NCBI GenBank assembly: GCA_965224085.1
Contig: CBDCYI010000004.1
Coordinates: 448,001-512,000 of the forward strand
DNA length: 64,000 nt
From: Candidatus Marinacidobacterales bacterium
GTDB lineage: Bacteria > Acidobacteriota > Vicinamibacteria > Marinacidobacterales > SMYC01
Reading direction: 5' to 3'
Positions 20,151 through 29,287 of this stretch are shown in pieces; the first letter of the stretch is position 1; each line of letters opens with the position of its first letter. The notes under the pieces are model-generated. The model did no database searches. It was given only the letters and a program-made list of their open reading frames with translations, and was not told the origin of the DNA. Both the position numbers and the translations under genes were made by a program.

Positions 20151-20344
20151 TAAGCTGCGCTACGACGCCGGCGCCGAGCTCCAATTCCTCACGCCGATCT
20201 GGAACATCCTCTTCCGAGTCGGCTACGGATTCAATCTGGATCCCGTCTTCGATGAGAGCCGCGTCCGCTTCTTCTTCACACTCGCCGTGAGGTTCTGACG
20301 ACTTGCAGCATGAGCTGCAGTTCTAGGAAACAAGCTGCGGAGCG

Positions 20345-20487
20345 GAACCTCGACGGCTTCGATGACTTCGCACACGTCGTAAACCTCATCGACCGCCTCG
20401 GCGCCCGCGGCTAAGCAAGCGGCGACAGTCGGCAAGATTCTCGGCGAGAACTACCTCCGCGTGGCGGCCGAAGTGTGGCAAGCCTGA
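20345..20487 (+). pseudogene. Membrane dipeptidase (M19-like) C-terminal remnant
   Basis: NLIDRLGARG* ... VGKILGENYLRVAAEVWQA* resembles the KILGGNFLRV tail. Confidence 0.55.
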
Positions 20488-20562
20488 CGTCGAGGGATTG
20501 CGCCCCGACGGGTGCACCCGTACAATAAAAATCTAGCCACATCCAAACCTACCTAGAGTTCT

Positions 20563-21165
20563 ATGACCGACCAGCCCCAACACTCGAACCGTAGCCGTCT
20601 GAGTCGCACCATCGAGCGCCGGTTCGAAAACTTTCTATGGCATTTCCGCCTCGTGATCGTACCGGGCGTGATCGGCCTCCTGATGGCGTCGAGCGTCGTC
20701 TTCGTGCTCGGGATCGTCGAAACAACGGCCCTCGTCGGCGAGTTCGCGACAACTCTATGGACCAACCACGGCCACCTCGCCAGCGAAGAAGGCAACGGGC
20801 TCCTAACGTATAACGCATTCATCATCAGCGTCATTACTGTCGTCGACGATTTCCTCGTCGGGATCGTACTCCTGATCTTCGGACTCGGGTCCTACGATCT
20901 GTTCGTCTCGCGCATCGACCCCGCCCTCGAGCAAACGGACATCCGCCCAGACTGGCTCATCTTCAGCTCGCTCGAAGAGCTCAAGAGCGTTCTCGGTAAG
21001 GTCGTGCTGATGATCCTCACCATCATGTTTCTCAAGGTCACTATCGACTTGAAGTTCGAGCAACCCATCGACCTCATCTATCTCGGCGGCGGGATCGCGC
21101 TCGTAAGCCTAGGCCTCAAGCTCACGCACGGTAAGGATATCGATAGAACCAAAGTGCCCGATTAG
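20563..21165 (+). CDS. YqhA/UPF0114-family membrane protein
   Basis: VDDFLVGIVLLIFGLGSYDLF, WLIFSSLEELKSVLGKV. Confidence 0.85.
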   Translation: MTDQPQHSNRSRLSRTIERRFENFLWHFRLVIVPGVIGLLMASSVVFVLGIVETTALVGEFATTLWTNHGHLASEEGNGLLTYNAFIISVITVVDDFLVGIVLLIFGLGSYDLFVSRIDPALEQTDIRPDWLIFSSLEELKSVLGKVVLMILTIMFLKVTIDLKFEQPIDLIYLGGGIALVSLGLKLTHGKDIDRTKVPD

Positions 21166-21186
21166 CCCCTCACGCGGGGTAGAGCG

Positions 21187-21630
21187 TTATGGCGACCGCG
21201 ACCTGCGCCTTTCACGAATTTTTTGCTGGATGAAATCCACTCCATAGACACGCTCCGCCATCAGCAGGTTGTGGGAGGGGCACAAGAGCCTAAGAGCTTG
21301 CTCACCTTGTTGCGAAAGATAGCGAACGGCGACTTATGGTCGAGGTGGAGTCCCACGCGGGCCGTACAACGTGTCCCATCCGGACCAAAATACGAACACT
21401 GATAGCCGTCTCGTTCGTGAACCCGCTCGGAAACCTCCGATGCCACGTATCGTGACTTGGCGCGCTGGTCTTTTTCGCCATCTCGTTCTGAACGAGATAT
21501 CTCGGAGGCTGGTTTCTGCCTCTTCCTTCGACGCTCGAGCTTCTTCTTCGGGTCTTCCTTCTCAAGCGCGATGTCGAGCGCTTTCTCCAAAATTTCGGCC
21601 ATTTTCTTCTGGGCGTTCTCGACGCTTCTG
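21187..21630 (-). pseudogene. HNH endonuclease-domain protein, 5'-truncated and frameshifted
   Basis: SRYVASEV..RVHERDGYQCSY..DGTRC...LHLDH, then LRLLCPSHNLLMAERVYG in another frame. Confidence 0.75.
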
Positions 21631-21924
21631 ATATTATAGCGATTCCTGGTGTCTCACCCGCTGGCGCTGCTTGCCGCCTTCCCCTGGCGCTTCGACCGCC
21701 CCTGTGGCCCTTTTACCTACATTTCACTGTCTGTGTTTCCCCGCGCTTCAAGGGTCACAGATGCTTGGGCGCGAAGTTGATAATCTCGCGGGCCTCGGAT
21801 TAGATTAGAAAGGTGCATCAGATGGTTCGCACGGCTTTCAAATCGGCATCTCGGGCCTCTCCTTTGAGTTTCGCTTTTTCGGCGCCGAATTATCCCCGCA
21901 ACCTACCCACCCAAGAGGTTTACG

Positions 21925-22065
21925 AAAATCTTGGCTCGAAAGCGAGTCAAAGTCGAGCACCTTGATCCGCCGTCCTCGGGAACCATCACGTTGTCCAGCT
22001 TCAAATCCCGATGCGTGATAGCCGCCCCATGCGCCGCCGCCACAGCATTCGCAAGCGGGACGCGA
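21925..22065 (-). pseudogene. Ser/Thr protein kinase fragment (catalytic loop)
   Basis: PLANAVAAAHGAAITHRDLKLDNVMV, with a frameshifted KVLDF segment. Confidence 0.7.
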
Positions 22066-22219
22066 TCTCGAAAAACTCGCTCAGCGCCATTCCGCTTGGA
22101 GACAAAACCTCCGTAAGCGTTTGCCCGAGCATCGTAAGCGGACATCATCATAAGAAAATTGCCGAAATCAGACCGTAAAACTGGACGCGCGCGCGCAGAG
22201 TCGATAGAGTTCGGCGTTC

Positions 22220-22714
22220 ATGTCCAAATTGCGGCGGTTTTTTTATCTGGCCATCGGTACGTCCTTCGGCCTCGGCCTCGCCCCTATCGCCCCCGGCAGC
22301 TTCGGCGCGCTCGTCGGCGTGGCCTATCACGTCGGCGTCGTGCTCTGGCTTGACGCCTCGTGGCATGTCCCGATGCTGGTTCTCGGCCTGGCGCTCGTGG
22401 CGGCAGCAAACCACTTCCTGACCCCTTGGGCCGTAGGGTACTGGAACAACGATGACCCGGGGAATTTCGTGCTCGACGAAGTGGCGGGCTACCTCGTCGT
22501 CCCCATCCTCTTCCGGGGGGGCGAGCTCTGGCAGGTCGCCCTCGTTGGCTTTCTCCTCTTCCGCATCTTCGACATCGTCAAAATTCCTCCCGCCAAGCAG
22601 ATCGACCGCGACATGCACGGCTCCTGGGGGATCATCCTCGACGACCTCGTCAGCGGCGCCTACGCGGCGCTCGCCCTATACGGGCTCGTTTGGGCCGGCG
22701 TGATGGCTCCCTGA
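22220..22714 (+). CDS. pgpA: Phosphatidylglycerophosphatase A
   Basis: APGSFG, DPGNFVLDEVAG, FRIFDIVK, GIILDDLVSG. Confidence 0.92.
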   Translation: MSKLRRFFYLAIGTSFGLGLAPIAPGSFGALVGVAYHVGVVLWLDASWHVPMLVLGLALVAAANHFLTPWAVGYWNNDDPGNFVLDEVAGYLVVPILFRGGELWQVALVGFLLFRIFDIVKIPPAKQIDRDMHGSWGIILDDLVSGAYAALALYGLVWAGVMAP

Positions 22715-22826
22715 GACGCCCGGTGGCGGTCCGCGCCCCAGTTGCTAAACTAGAACCATAGTTCTCGAACCATCCAGTCCAAATTCCTGAAATTCCAAGG
22801 CCGCTCTTTTTTAGGGCGACGAGTCT

Positions 22827-24788
22827 ATGGCATCGCACGCAATCACGTTCCGACAGCGTTGGCGCTATCGCATCGACAGCTTCCTCGCGCGAGGCAGCGG
22901 CCCTCTCTTTCTGTCCCTCATCGTCGCTTTTTTCGGCTCGATCGCCCTGATCGGCTCGATGCGATGGCTGTTCCACCAGTTTGCCCCCGACACAGAGCAC
23001 ACCCTCGCCGACCAGCTTTGGGTCATCTTTCTCCAGCTGACCGACCCCGGGAACATGGTCCAGGACAACGACACGCCGACGATTTTCAAGACCGCGGCCG
23101 TCGTTGCCGGCATCACGGGCGTCGTCATCTTCTCTGCTTTCATTGCGTTTCTCACCACCGCGCTCGACCAGGCGATCGCGCATCTGAAAAAAGGCCATAG
23201 CCAAGTGCTCGAGTCGGGTCACTCCTTGATCCTCGGCTGGAGCCCGCGCGTGGTCGAGATCCTCCGTGAGCTCGTCGAGGCGAACGAGAGCGAATCCGAT
23301 CCGGTCGTCGTCATCCTCGCGGAAAAGGACAAAGAGAAGATGGACGAGTACCTCCGGAGCAACTTCACCGACCGGAGGAACACGCGCATCGTGACGCGCA
23401 GCGGGGCCCCCGCTTCTGTCCAAGCGCTCGACCGCGTCAGCGCCCGCGAGGCGAAATCCGCCATCGTGCTCGCCCATTGCAACCCCGCCGCGAGCCTCGA
23501 GACCAAGCTCTCGAGCGACGCCAAGGTGGTCAAGACCGTCCTCGCCGTCGAATCGCGACTCGGGGACGGCGCGGATTTTTCGATTGTCGCGGAAATCTTC
23601 ACCGACCGGAACCGGCAAGTGGTGAAGGACATCGCTCCCGAAATGGTGTCCGTCATCGACGCCGAGGAAATCCTTGCGAAGATCATGGTGCAGACGTCTC
23701 GTACGAGCGGCCTCTCGGTCGTTTATTCGGAGCTTCTGAGCTTTGAAGGCTGCGAGATGTATTTCCACAACAACCCGGCATGGTCCGGCCTTCGCTTCGA
23801 CCGGCTGCAATTTCACTTTCCCGACGGCGTTCCCATCGGGATTCGAGTTCCGGACGGGAAGATAGAAATCCGGCCTGCGCTCGACCGGGAGATAACAACC
23901 GAGGACGAGATCCTCATCGTCGCGGAAGACGACTCGACCATCGAGTTTCTGCCACACCCCGTCATGACCCCGAAAGAAGGCAGGATTCCGGACGAGCGCA
24001 TTCGTTTGAAATTCGAGCGCCAGCTCATACTCGGTTGGAGCTATAAAGCACCTATCATCATCCGCGAATATGCCGATTACGTTCTCGACGGCTCGCAAAT
24101 CGACGTCATGGTCAAAGATCCGCCGCCGCAACTGATGGAGACCATCCGGAAGCTCGACGCGGAGAGCACTGCGACCGTTCGCCTCATCGACAAAGATCCT
24201 CTCATCTGTGACGAGCTCGAGTCGATGTCCCCGTTTCTCTACAACAACGTCATCATCCTCCCCCAGAAACCGACCCTGGATAGTGAGCCCGAGCGAATCG
24301 ACTCCGAGACGATCGTTGTGCTGCTGCATCTGCGCAAACTGCAAAAAGCGCTCACGGAAGCGGGCAAGAGCGTCGAAACGAAGCTCATCACCGAAGTGCT
24401 CGAGTCCCTTAATCGCGAGCTCGTGTCCCATGCGGGCGTCAACGACTTCATCATCTCGGACAGAATGGTGTCGATGATCTTCGCCCAGATTAGCGAGGAA
24501 AGAGACATACAGCGTGTCTATGACAACCTCTTCCAAGAAGACGGTTCCGAGATCTACGTCAAGCCGGCTTGGCTCTATTTCCACAATCTTCCAGTCACGT
24601 GCCGATTCGGCGATTTGATGCGAGTAGCACAAAAAAGAGATGCAGAGATTTGTCTCGGATACAAGCTCAGTGCCCTCGAAAGCGATGCGGACGCAAACTT
24701 TGGTGTTAAACTGATACCTCTCAAGGATTCGGAGGTTACACTCACCGAGCAAGACAGCCCCGTCGTCGTCGCGGAAGACGACCGTTAG
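22827..24788 (+). CDS. CASTOR/POLLUX(DMI1)-related ion channel with two RCK domains
   Basis: WRYRIDSFLARG, pore-like LTDPG, KKGHSQVLESGHSLILGW, QTSRTSGLSVVYSELLSFEGCEMY, LFQEDGSEIYVKP. Confidence 0.88.
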   Translation: MASHAITFRQRWRYRIDSFLARGSGPLFLSLIVAFFGSIALIGSMRWLFHQFAPDTEHTLADQLWVIFLQLTDPGNMVQDNDTPTIFKTAAVVAGITGVVIFSAFIAFLTTALDQAIAHLKKGHSQVLESGHSLILGWSPRVVEILRELVEANESESDPVVVILAEKDKEKMDEYLRSNFTDRRNTRIVTRSGAPASVQALDRVSAREAKSAIVLAHCNPAASLETKLSSDAKVVKTVLAVESRLGDGADFSIVAEIFTDRNRQVVKDIAPEMVSVIDAEEILAKIMVQTSRTSGLSVVYSELLSFEGCEMYFHNNPAWSGLRFDRLQFHFPDGVPIGIRVPDGKIEIRPALDREITTEDEILIVAEDDSTIEFLPHPVMTPKEGRIPDERIRLKFERQLILGWSYKAPIIIREYADYVLDGSQIDVMVKDPPPQLMETIRKLDAESTATVRLIDKDPLICDELESMSPFLYNNVIILPQKPTLDSEPERIDSETIVVLLHLRKLQKALTEAGKSVETKLITEVLESLNRELVSHAGVNDFIISDRMVSMIFAQISEERDIQRVYDNLFQEDGSEIYVKPAWLYFHNLPVTCRFGDLMRVAQKRDAEICLGYKLSALESDADANFGVKLIPLKDSEVTLTEQDSPVVVAEDDR

Positions 24789-24806
24789 ACCGCCCTCGAT
24801 CCCCCG

Positions 24807-25949
24807 ATGCACATCGAACAACTACTCGTTTCGCTCGGATTCATCACGCTCGCAAGCATCGTGATCATGTTTGCCAGTAACACGTTCGAATCCGCCTCGA
24901 ACTATCTCGGGCGCGACCTCGCAGCCGGGATCAAAGGCGCGACGATCAACGCCGCCGGCTCCTCGATGCCGGAGCTGCTGACGACCGCCGTCTTCCTGTT
25001 CGTTTACCAGGATCTGGACGGCTTCTCCGCAGGTGTCGCGACCGCGGCAGGCTCCGCGGTCTTCAACGGGCTCATCATCCCCGCCATTTGCATCTTCGTC
25101 GTCGTGATTTGGGGGACGAAGAAAAACGGTGTCGAGACCCAAGTGACCCATATCGAAGTCGACTCACGCTCCGTTCTGCGAGACGGTATCTGGCTCGTCA
25201 TCGGCGAAGTGATGCTCATCGTCTTTCTTGGCAAAACGACGTTGACCTGGGTCGCGGGCGCGTTGCTGCTCTTGAGTTATGTCGGTTACTGCGCGCATCT
25301 CCTCTACCACAACCGAAAGTTTAGTCTCGAAAGAAGTGAAGAGGAGAACGAGGAGGAGGAAGTCGGTGGTGCCTTGAGTTCGAAGCTCAAAGCGCTCCTG
25401 ACCTTCGACTTCAATACGCTGCTCTTTGGTGGCCAACGCTTCACGGCGGGTTCGGCGTGGACGGTACTCGCAGGCGCCGTCGCGGTGCTTGGCGCCGCCT
25501 GTCTCTTGCTCGCTGAATCCGTCATCAGAGTCGCGGAAGCGCTCGACATCCCCACCTACTTCACCGCGGTCGTGCTCGCGGCCGCTGCGACGAGCGTGCC
25601 CGACACCGTGCTTTCAGTGAAGGACGCACGCAACGGCAATTATGACGACGCCGTCTCGAACGCCCTCGGCTCGAATATCTTCGACATTGCGGTCTCGCTC
25701 GGGCTGCCGCTTCTCGTGTATTCGCTCATCTTCGGCGACGTGTCGCTGAGCGCCGTTGCCGGGACCTCGGCAGCGCAGGTGCAGATTCTGCGCATCGTGC
25801 TCCTGTGGGTGACGGTTGCTGTCATCTCCTTGATACTAATGGGGAAAAAGGCGGGCTTGGGTAAAGCCGCCGTCATGATGCTGATCTACGTCGGGTGGAT
25901 GACGTGGATCGCCGATTCCGCTTTCGATCTGGGAATCTTCCCTTCATAA
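24807..25949 (+). CDS. Ca2+/cation antiporter (NCKX/YrbG-like, CaCA superfamily)
   Basis: alpha-1 repeat GATINAAGSSMPEL..GSAVFN, alpha-2 repeat AAATSVPD..GSNIFD, acidic loop EEENEEEE. Confidence 0.9.
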   Translation: MHIEQLLVSLGFITLASIVIMFASNTFESASNYLGRDLAAGIKGATINAAGSSMPELLTTAVFLFVYQDLDGFSAGVATAAGSAVFNGLIIPAICIFVVVIWGTKKNGVETQVTHIEVDSRSVLRDGIWLVIGEVMLIVFLGKTTLTWVAGALLLLSYVGYCAHLLYHNRKFSLERSEEENEEEEVGGALSSKLKALLTFDFNTLLFGGQRFTAGSAWTVLAGAVAVLGAACLLLAESVIRVAEALDIPTYFTAVVLAAAATSVPDTVLSVKDARNGNYDDAVSNALGSNIFDIAVSLGLPLLVYSLIFGDVSLSAVAGTSAAQVQILRIVLLWVTVAVISLILMGKKAGLGKAAVMMLIYVGWMTWIADSAFDLGIFPS

Positions 25950-25967
25950 TCCCTCCTCACGACCGTC

Positions 25968-27620
25968 GTGGAGGTGTTTTCAGTGCGCGTTCTTGTCGCA
26001 AGTCTCGTTGTCTCTTGCGCTCTCGCATGCGAGCGAGCGCCCGAATACGACATTCTCATTCAAGGCGGTCGCGTCATCGACGGGACCGGCGGCCCGGCTC
26101 GTGAGGCCGATGTCGCTGTCCTTCAGGGCCTCATCGCGGACATCGGTGAGCTCGACGCCGCGCGCGCCAAACGCGTCATCGATGCGGAGGGGCGCGTCGT
26201 GACACCGGGTTTCATCGACATGATGGGCGGCAGCACCCTTCCCCTGTTACGCGATCCGGTCACCGCCGAGAGCAAGCTCCGCCAAGGCATCACTACAATG
26301 ATGGCCGGCGAAGGCCTCTCGCTTGCGCCTCACAACGCCCGCACCTTTGCCGAGCTCGACCTCGCCGAGCTCCCGCACCGCTGGACGCGCTTGGCCGAGT
26401 ATCTCCGTATTATCGAGGACACGGGTGTCGCTTTGAATGTGGTTCACAACGTCGGGGCGGCGCAGGTACGCCGCATCGTCCTCGGCGATGAAGACGTCGC
26501 GCCGAGCGAAGCGCAACTCGAAGAGATGACGTCGCTCATCGCCCAGGCGATGGAGGATGGCGCCGTCGGCATCTCGAGCTCGCTCATCTATCCGCCGGGC
26601 GCCTACGCGACGACCGAAGAACTCATCGAGCTCGCGAAAGCCGCTGCCCAAAAAGGCGGCGTCTACTTCACGCACATGCGCAACGAGAGTAATCACGTTC
26701 TCGAAGCTATCGACGAAGCGCTCGCGATCGGCCGCGGCGCCGGAATCCCGGTCCACATCTACCATTTGAAGGCGGCGGGAGAGGAAAACTGGCCCTTGAT
26801 GGAGCAGGCCCTCGAGCACATTCAAAACGCTATCGACGACGGGATGGACGTCACCGCCGATGTCTATCCCTACATCCGAAACGGCATCGGTCTCGGCTCG
26901 TTTCTCCATCCGCGCCACTATGCGCGCGGCGAAAAAGCCTTCATCGCAACGCTCGGCGATCAAGTCGTGCGCGCGCGCTTGCGCGAAGAAGTCGAGGAGA
27001 CCTCGGATTGGGAGAACTGGTACCGCCACGTCGGCAACGACTGGGACAATGTCCTCATCACGCGGGTGGGTCAAAAGACGCCTCCCGAGCTCGTGGGGCT
27101 CTCCGTCCAGGAAGCGGGCGACAAGCTAGGCGTCGATGCCTGGGACGCCTTCTTCGATCTCGTGGCGCAGGGTGGCTGCGGTGTTGCGCCAAAGAGCATG
27201 AATGAAGAGCAGAAGCATCTCGCGATGCAAGCAGATTTCATGTGCTTCGACAACGACGCCTCGCCCACGAACCCGACGGCCGTGGCAAGCTCCCATCCGC
27301 GCGCCTTTGGTGCCTTCCCGCGCGTCCTCGCAAAATATGTGCGCGAGGAGCAGGTGATCCCGCTCGAAGACGCGATTCGGAAGCTCACGTCTCTGCCGGC
27401 AAGGATCCTCAGACGCAATCAGCGCGGACGGCTCGAGCCGGGCATGGCCGCGGATATTCTCGTTTTCGACGAGACGCGCATCCAGGACACGGCGACGTTC
27501 ACAGAACCTCTCTCGTATTCCACCGGGATCGAGTTCGTTCTTGTAAACGGTGAGATCGTGATCGAATATGGCGAGCCGACTAGCGCGACTCCGGGCAAGG
27601 TGCTACGCCGTCAACCCTGA
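25968..27620 (+). CDS. N-acyl-D-amino-acid deacylase (amidohydrolase), probable lipoprotein
   Basis: IIDGTG-type start, PGFID, THMRNE, HIYHLK, HPRAFGAFPR; lipobox-like ALAC. Confidence 0.88.
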   Translation: MEVFSVRVLVASLVVSCALACERAPEYDILIQGGRVIDGTGGPAREADVAVLQGLIADIGELDAARAKRVIDAEGRVVTPGFIDMMGGSTLPLLRDPVTAESKLRQGITTMMAGEGLSLAPHNARTFAELDLAELPHRWTRLAEYLRIIEDTGVALNVVHNVGAAQVRRIVLGDEDVAPSEAQLEEMTSLIAQAMEDGAVGISSSLIYPPGAYATTEELIELAKAAAQKGGVYFTHMRNESNHVLEAIDEALAIGRGAGIPVHIYHLKAAGEENWPLMEQALEHIQNAIDDGMDVTADVYPYIRNGIGLGSFLHPRHYARGEKAFIATLGDQVVRARLREEVEETSDWENWYRHVGNDWDNVLITRVGQKTPPELVGLSVQEAGDKLGVDAWDAFFDLVAQGGCGVAPKSMNEEQKHLAMQADFMCFDNDASPTNPTAVASSHPRAFGAFPRVLAKYVREEQVIPLEDAIRKLTSLPARILRRNQRGRLEPGMAADILVFDETRIQDTATFTEPLSYSTGIEFVLVNGEIVIEYGEPTSATPGKVLRRQP

Positions 27621-27793
27621 GGTCCGTCTCGTTCGCGCTCGTACGCGATCTCGACCACCAAGCGCTCCTCGCCTTCCATCTTTGATAGCACGCCGTGCTC
27701 ATCGATGACTCGATTGGACGCGATGTAAGCCGCCGTCATGTCGTCGAGACTCTGTCCGAGAACGAGCCAAAGGGCCAATCCGAGAACCATCAT
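27611..27793 (-). pseudogene. Short remnant of a secreted protein (probable internal deletion)
   Basis: ATG overlaps the SRPBCC stop. Signal peptide, then SNRVIDEHGVL (weakly class II aldolase-like), ending after about 60 aa. Confidence 0.35.
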
Positions 27794-28605
27794 GCCGGCG
27801 TTCCTTCCGGCACGGGGAACAAGCGATCGAGCCACGATTTCCATTGCCCTCTGAGCTCTTCGAGCTCTTCGGCGGGAACGCCGAAAGTCGAGAGGTTCGC
27901 ATATAGGAACGTTTGCCCGCCCATGCGCTCGAAATCAAGCGCGAGGAGTGAATCTTCGAGGTTGTCGATGCGCATCGAAAGCGTGTGCGGCGGCTCGCGA
28001 ACGAGCACCTCGACTTCGAGCTCTTGCCCGAACGCGGTCGTGAGCGATTCTCGCTCGCCGGTACCGACACTTCCGAGGTCGCCTTCGGCGGCGAGCCCCT
28101 CGGGTCCCATGAGCTTCTGCCACGCTTCGTCCACCGGGATGCGCACGGGCTGCATGAACATGATGTTCTCGCGCGCCTGACCGAGATGTCGCTCCAAGTA
28201 GTGCCGAAGTCCGGCAAAAAACATCTTCCAGCCGCGGCCGGTATCTTCGTAGAAGTCATCCCACTCGGCCGCGGCCGGGATGCCGGACTGGACGAGTCGC
28301 AGCACCGTGATCTCGCCATCGGACTCGAGAAAATATTCCTCGACCATCGGCTCGTCGAGCTTCGTAGGCTCTTCGGATTCGTGCACCAGCCGCAAATGGC
28401 GGTTTTTGTCGAAGCGCGCGATCCGGGAGGCGCCCGCCATCCCTTCGCCCCATGATACCCAGTAGCGCCCTCCTTCAGATAGCGAGACCTCCGCCTCAGG
28501 CGCGTACCAGCGGATGATCTCTTCGGCATCCGTGATCGCTTTCCAAACCGCTTCGACGGAAGCTCGAATCTCGATACGTTGCTCTCTTCGCCGTGTCTTG
28601 CTCAT
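27790..28605 (-). CDS. Tandem SRPBCC/AHSA1-domain protein
   Basis: IRASVEAVWKAITDAEEIIRWY ... GWKMFFAGLRHYLE; a second SRPBCC-like domain follows. Confidence 0.85.
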   Translation of the reverse strand: MSKTRRREQRIEIRASVEAVWKAITDAEEIIRWYAPEAEVSLSEGGRYWVSWGEGMAGASRIARFDKNRHLRLVHESEEPTKLDEPMVEEYFLESDGEITVLRLVQSGIPAAAEWDDFYEDTGRGWKMFFAGLRHYLERHLGQARENIMFMQPVRIPVDEAWQKLMGPEGLAAEGDLGSVGTGERESLTTAFGQELEVEVLVREPPHTLSMRIDNLEDSLLALDFERMGGQTFLYANLSTFGVPAEELEELRGQWKSWLDRLFPVPEGTPA

Positions 28606-29195
28606 GTCGCCTCCTTGCGCGCTGGGTGAGCTCCGAGCACGAAGCGGAATCGCCGGCCTCGGGCTCCTTCAGAAGCTCCGTGTTTTTGAACGAGGCGCTC
28701 CATTTCCTTGCCAAGCTCCTCGGTGAACGCGTCGAAATCTTCGGGTCTCTCGAAACGAATTTCAGTCTCGAGCGTTTGGGTCAAGAGCTTCTTTCGCGCC
28801 CGAGCGGCACGCTCTCGAAGGACCGCGACGTCGCGGATCATCCGGGCAGCGACAGCGACGAGGTAAGCGCTCGAGAAACGATCGCGGATCGTGGCTCCGT
28901 CCGCCGCGATCGGTCCGAGAAGCGCCGGGTCGATCACGAAAGCCTTCGCACTCGGCCGGAAAATGCGCTCGATGCAGCCCCGTTTCGGGCGCTCCTCGAT
29001 GAGCTCGACGAAACCACTTTTCTCGAGCTCCCGCAGGTGGTAGTTCACCTTCTGGCGTGGCATCTCGAGCCGCACGGCCAGTCCGGCCGCGGAGTCCGGC
29101 TCGACGAGCTCTTTCAGGATCCGACGACGGATTGGTGCTAAGGCCGCGCTCACGCTCGCGGCGTCATCTAGCACTTTCACGGAACTCGTGGGCAT
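28602..29195 (-). CDS. ArsR-like winged-helix transcription regulator
   Basis: PIRRRILKEL..PDSAAGLA..L..PRQKVNYHLRELE..GFV. Confidence 0.88.
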   Translation of the reverse strand: MPTSSVKVLDDAASVSAALAPIRRRILKELVEPDSAAGLAVRLEMPRQKVNYHLRELEKSGFVELIEERPKRGCIERIFRPSAKAFVIDPALLGPIAADGATIRDRFSSAYLVAVAARMIRDVAVLRERAARARKKLLTQTLETEIRFERPEDFDAFTEELGKEMERLVQKHGASEGARGRRFRFVLGAHPARKEAT

Positions 29196-29207
29196 CGTTA
29201 CGGCGTC

Positions 29208-29239
29208 ATTCTACAATTGACAAATTATTTTGTCTATTG
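29208..29239 (-). promoter_or_regulatory. Promoter with overlapping operator palindrome
   Basis: Minus strand TAGACA-N17-TAGAAT. The imperfect palindrome CAATTGACAAA-N4-TTTGTCTATTG spans it. Confidence 0.7.
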
Positions 29240-29287
29240 GTACTAAAAGCCTCGTGCGGGTCCGGTTCCCTTCTTTTTTTGCTGGGG

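Larger units (their letters stand above)
16769..20298 (+). pseudogene. BamA/Omp85-family outer-membrane protein, frameshifted (~17170) and split by an IS
   Basis: POTRA-like segments (VRVEGNLR, ELDGNEAL, ILFRGNDR), MRGF barrel motif, terminal ...FFFTLAVRF* after the IS. A 2-nt loss in a GCGCGC tract breaks the frame. Confidence 0.85.

Noticed and set aside
21631-21900. IS end or ncRNA in the lower-GC spacer
   Set aside because: No partner repeat, ORF or stable structure could be supported.
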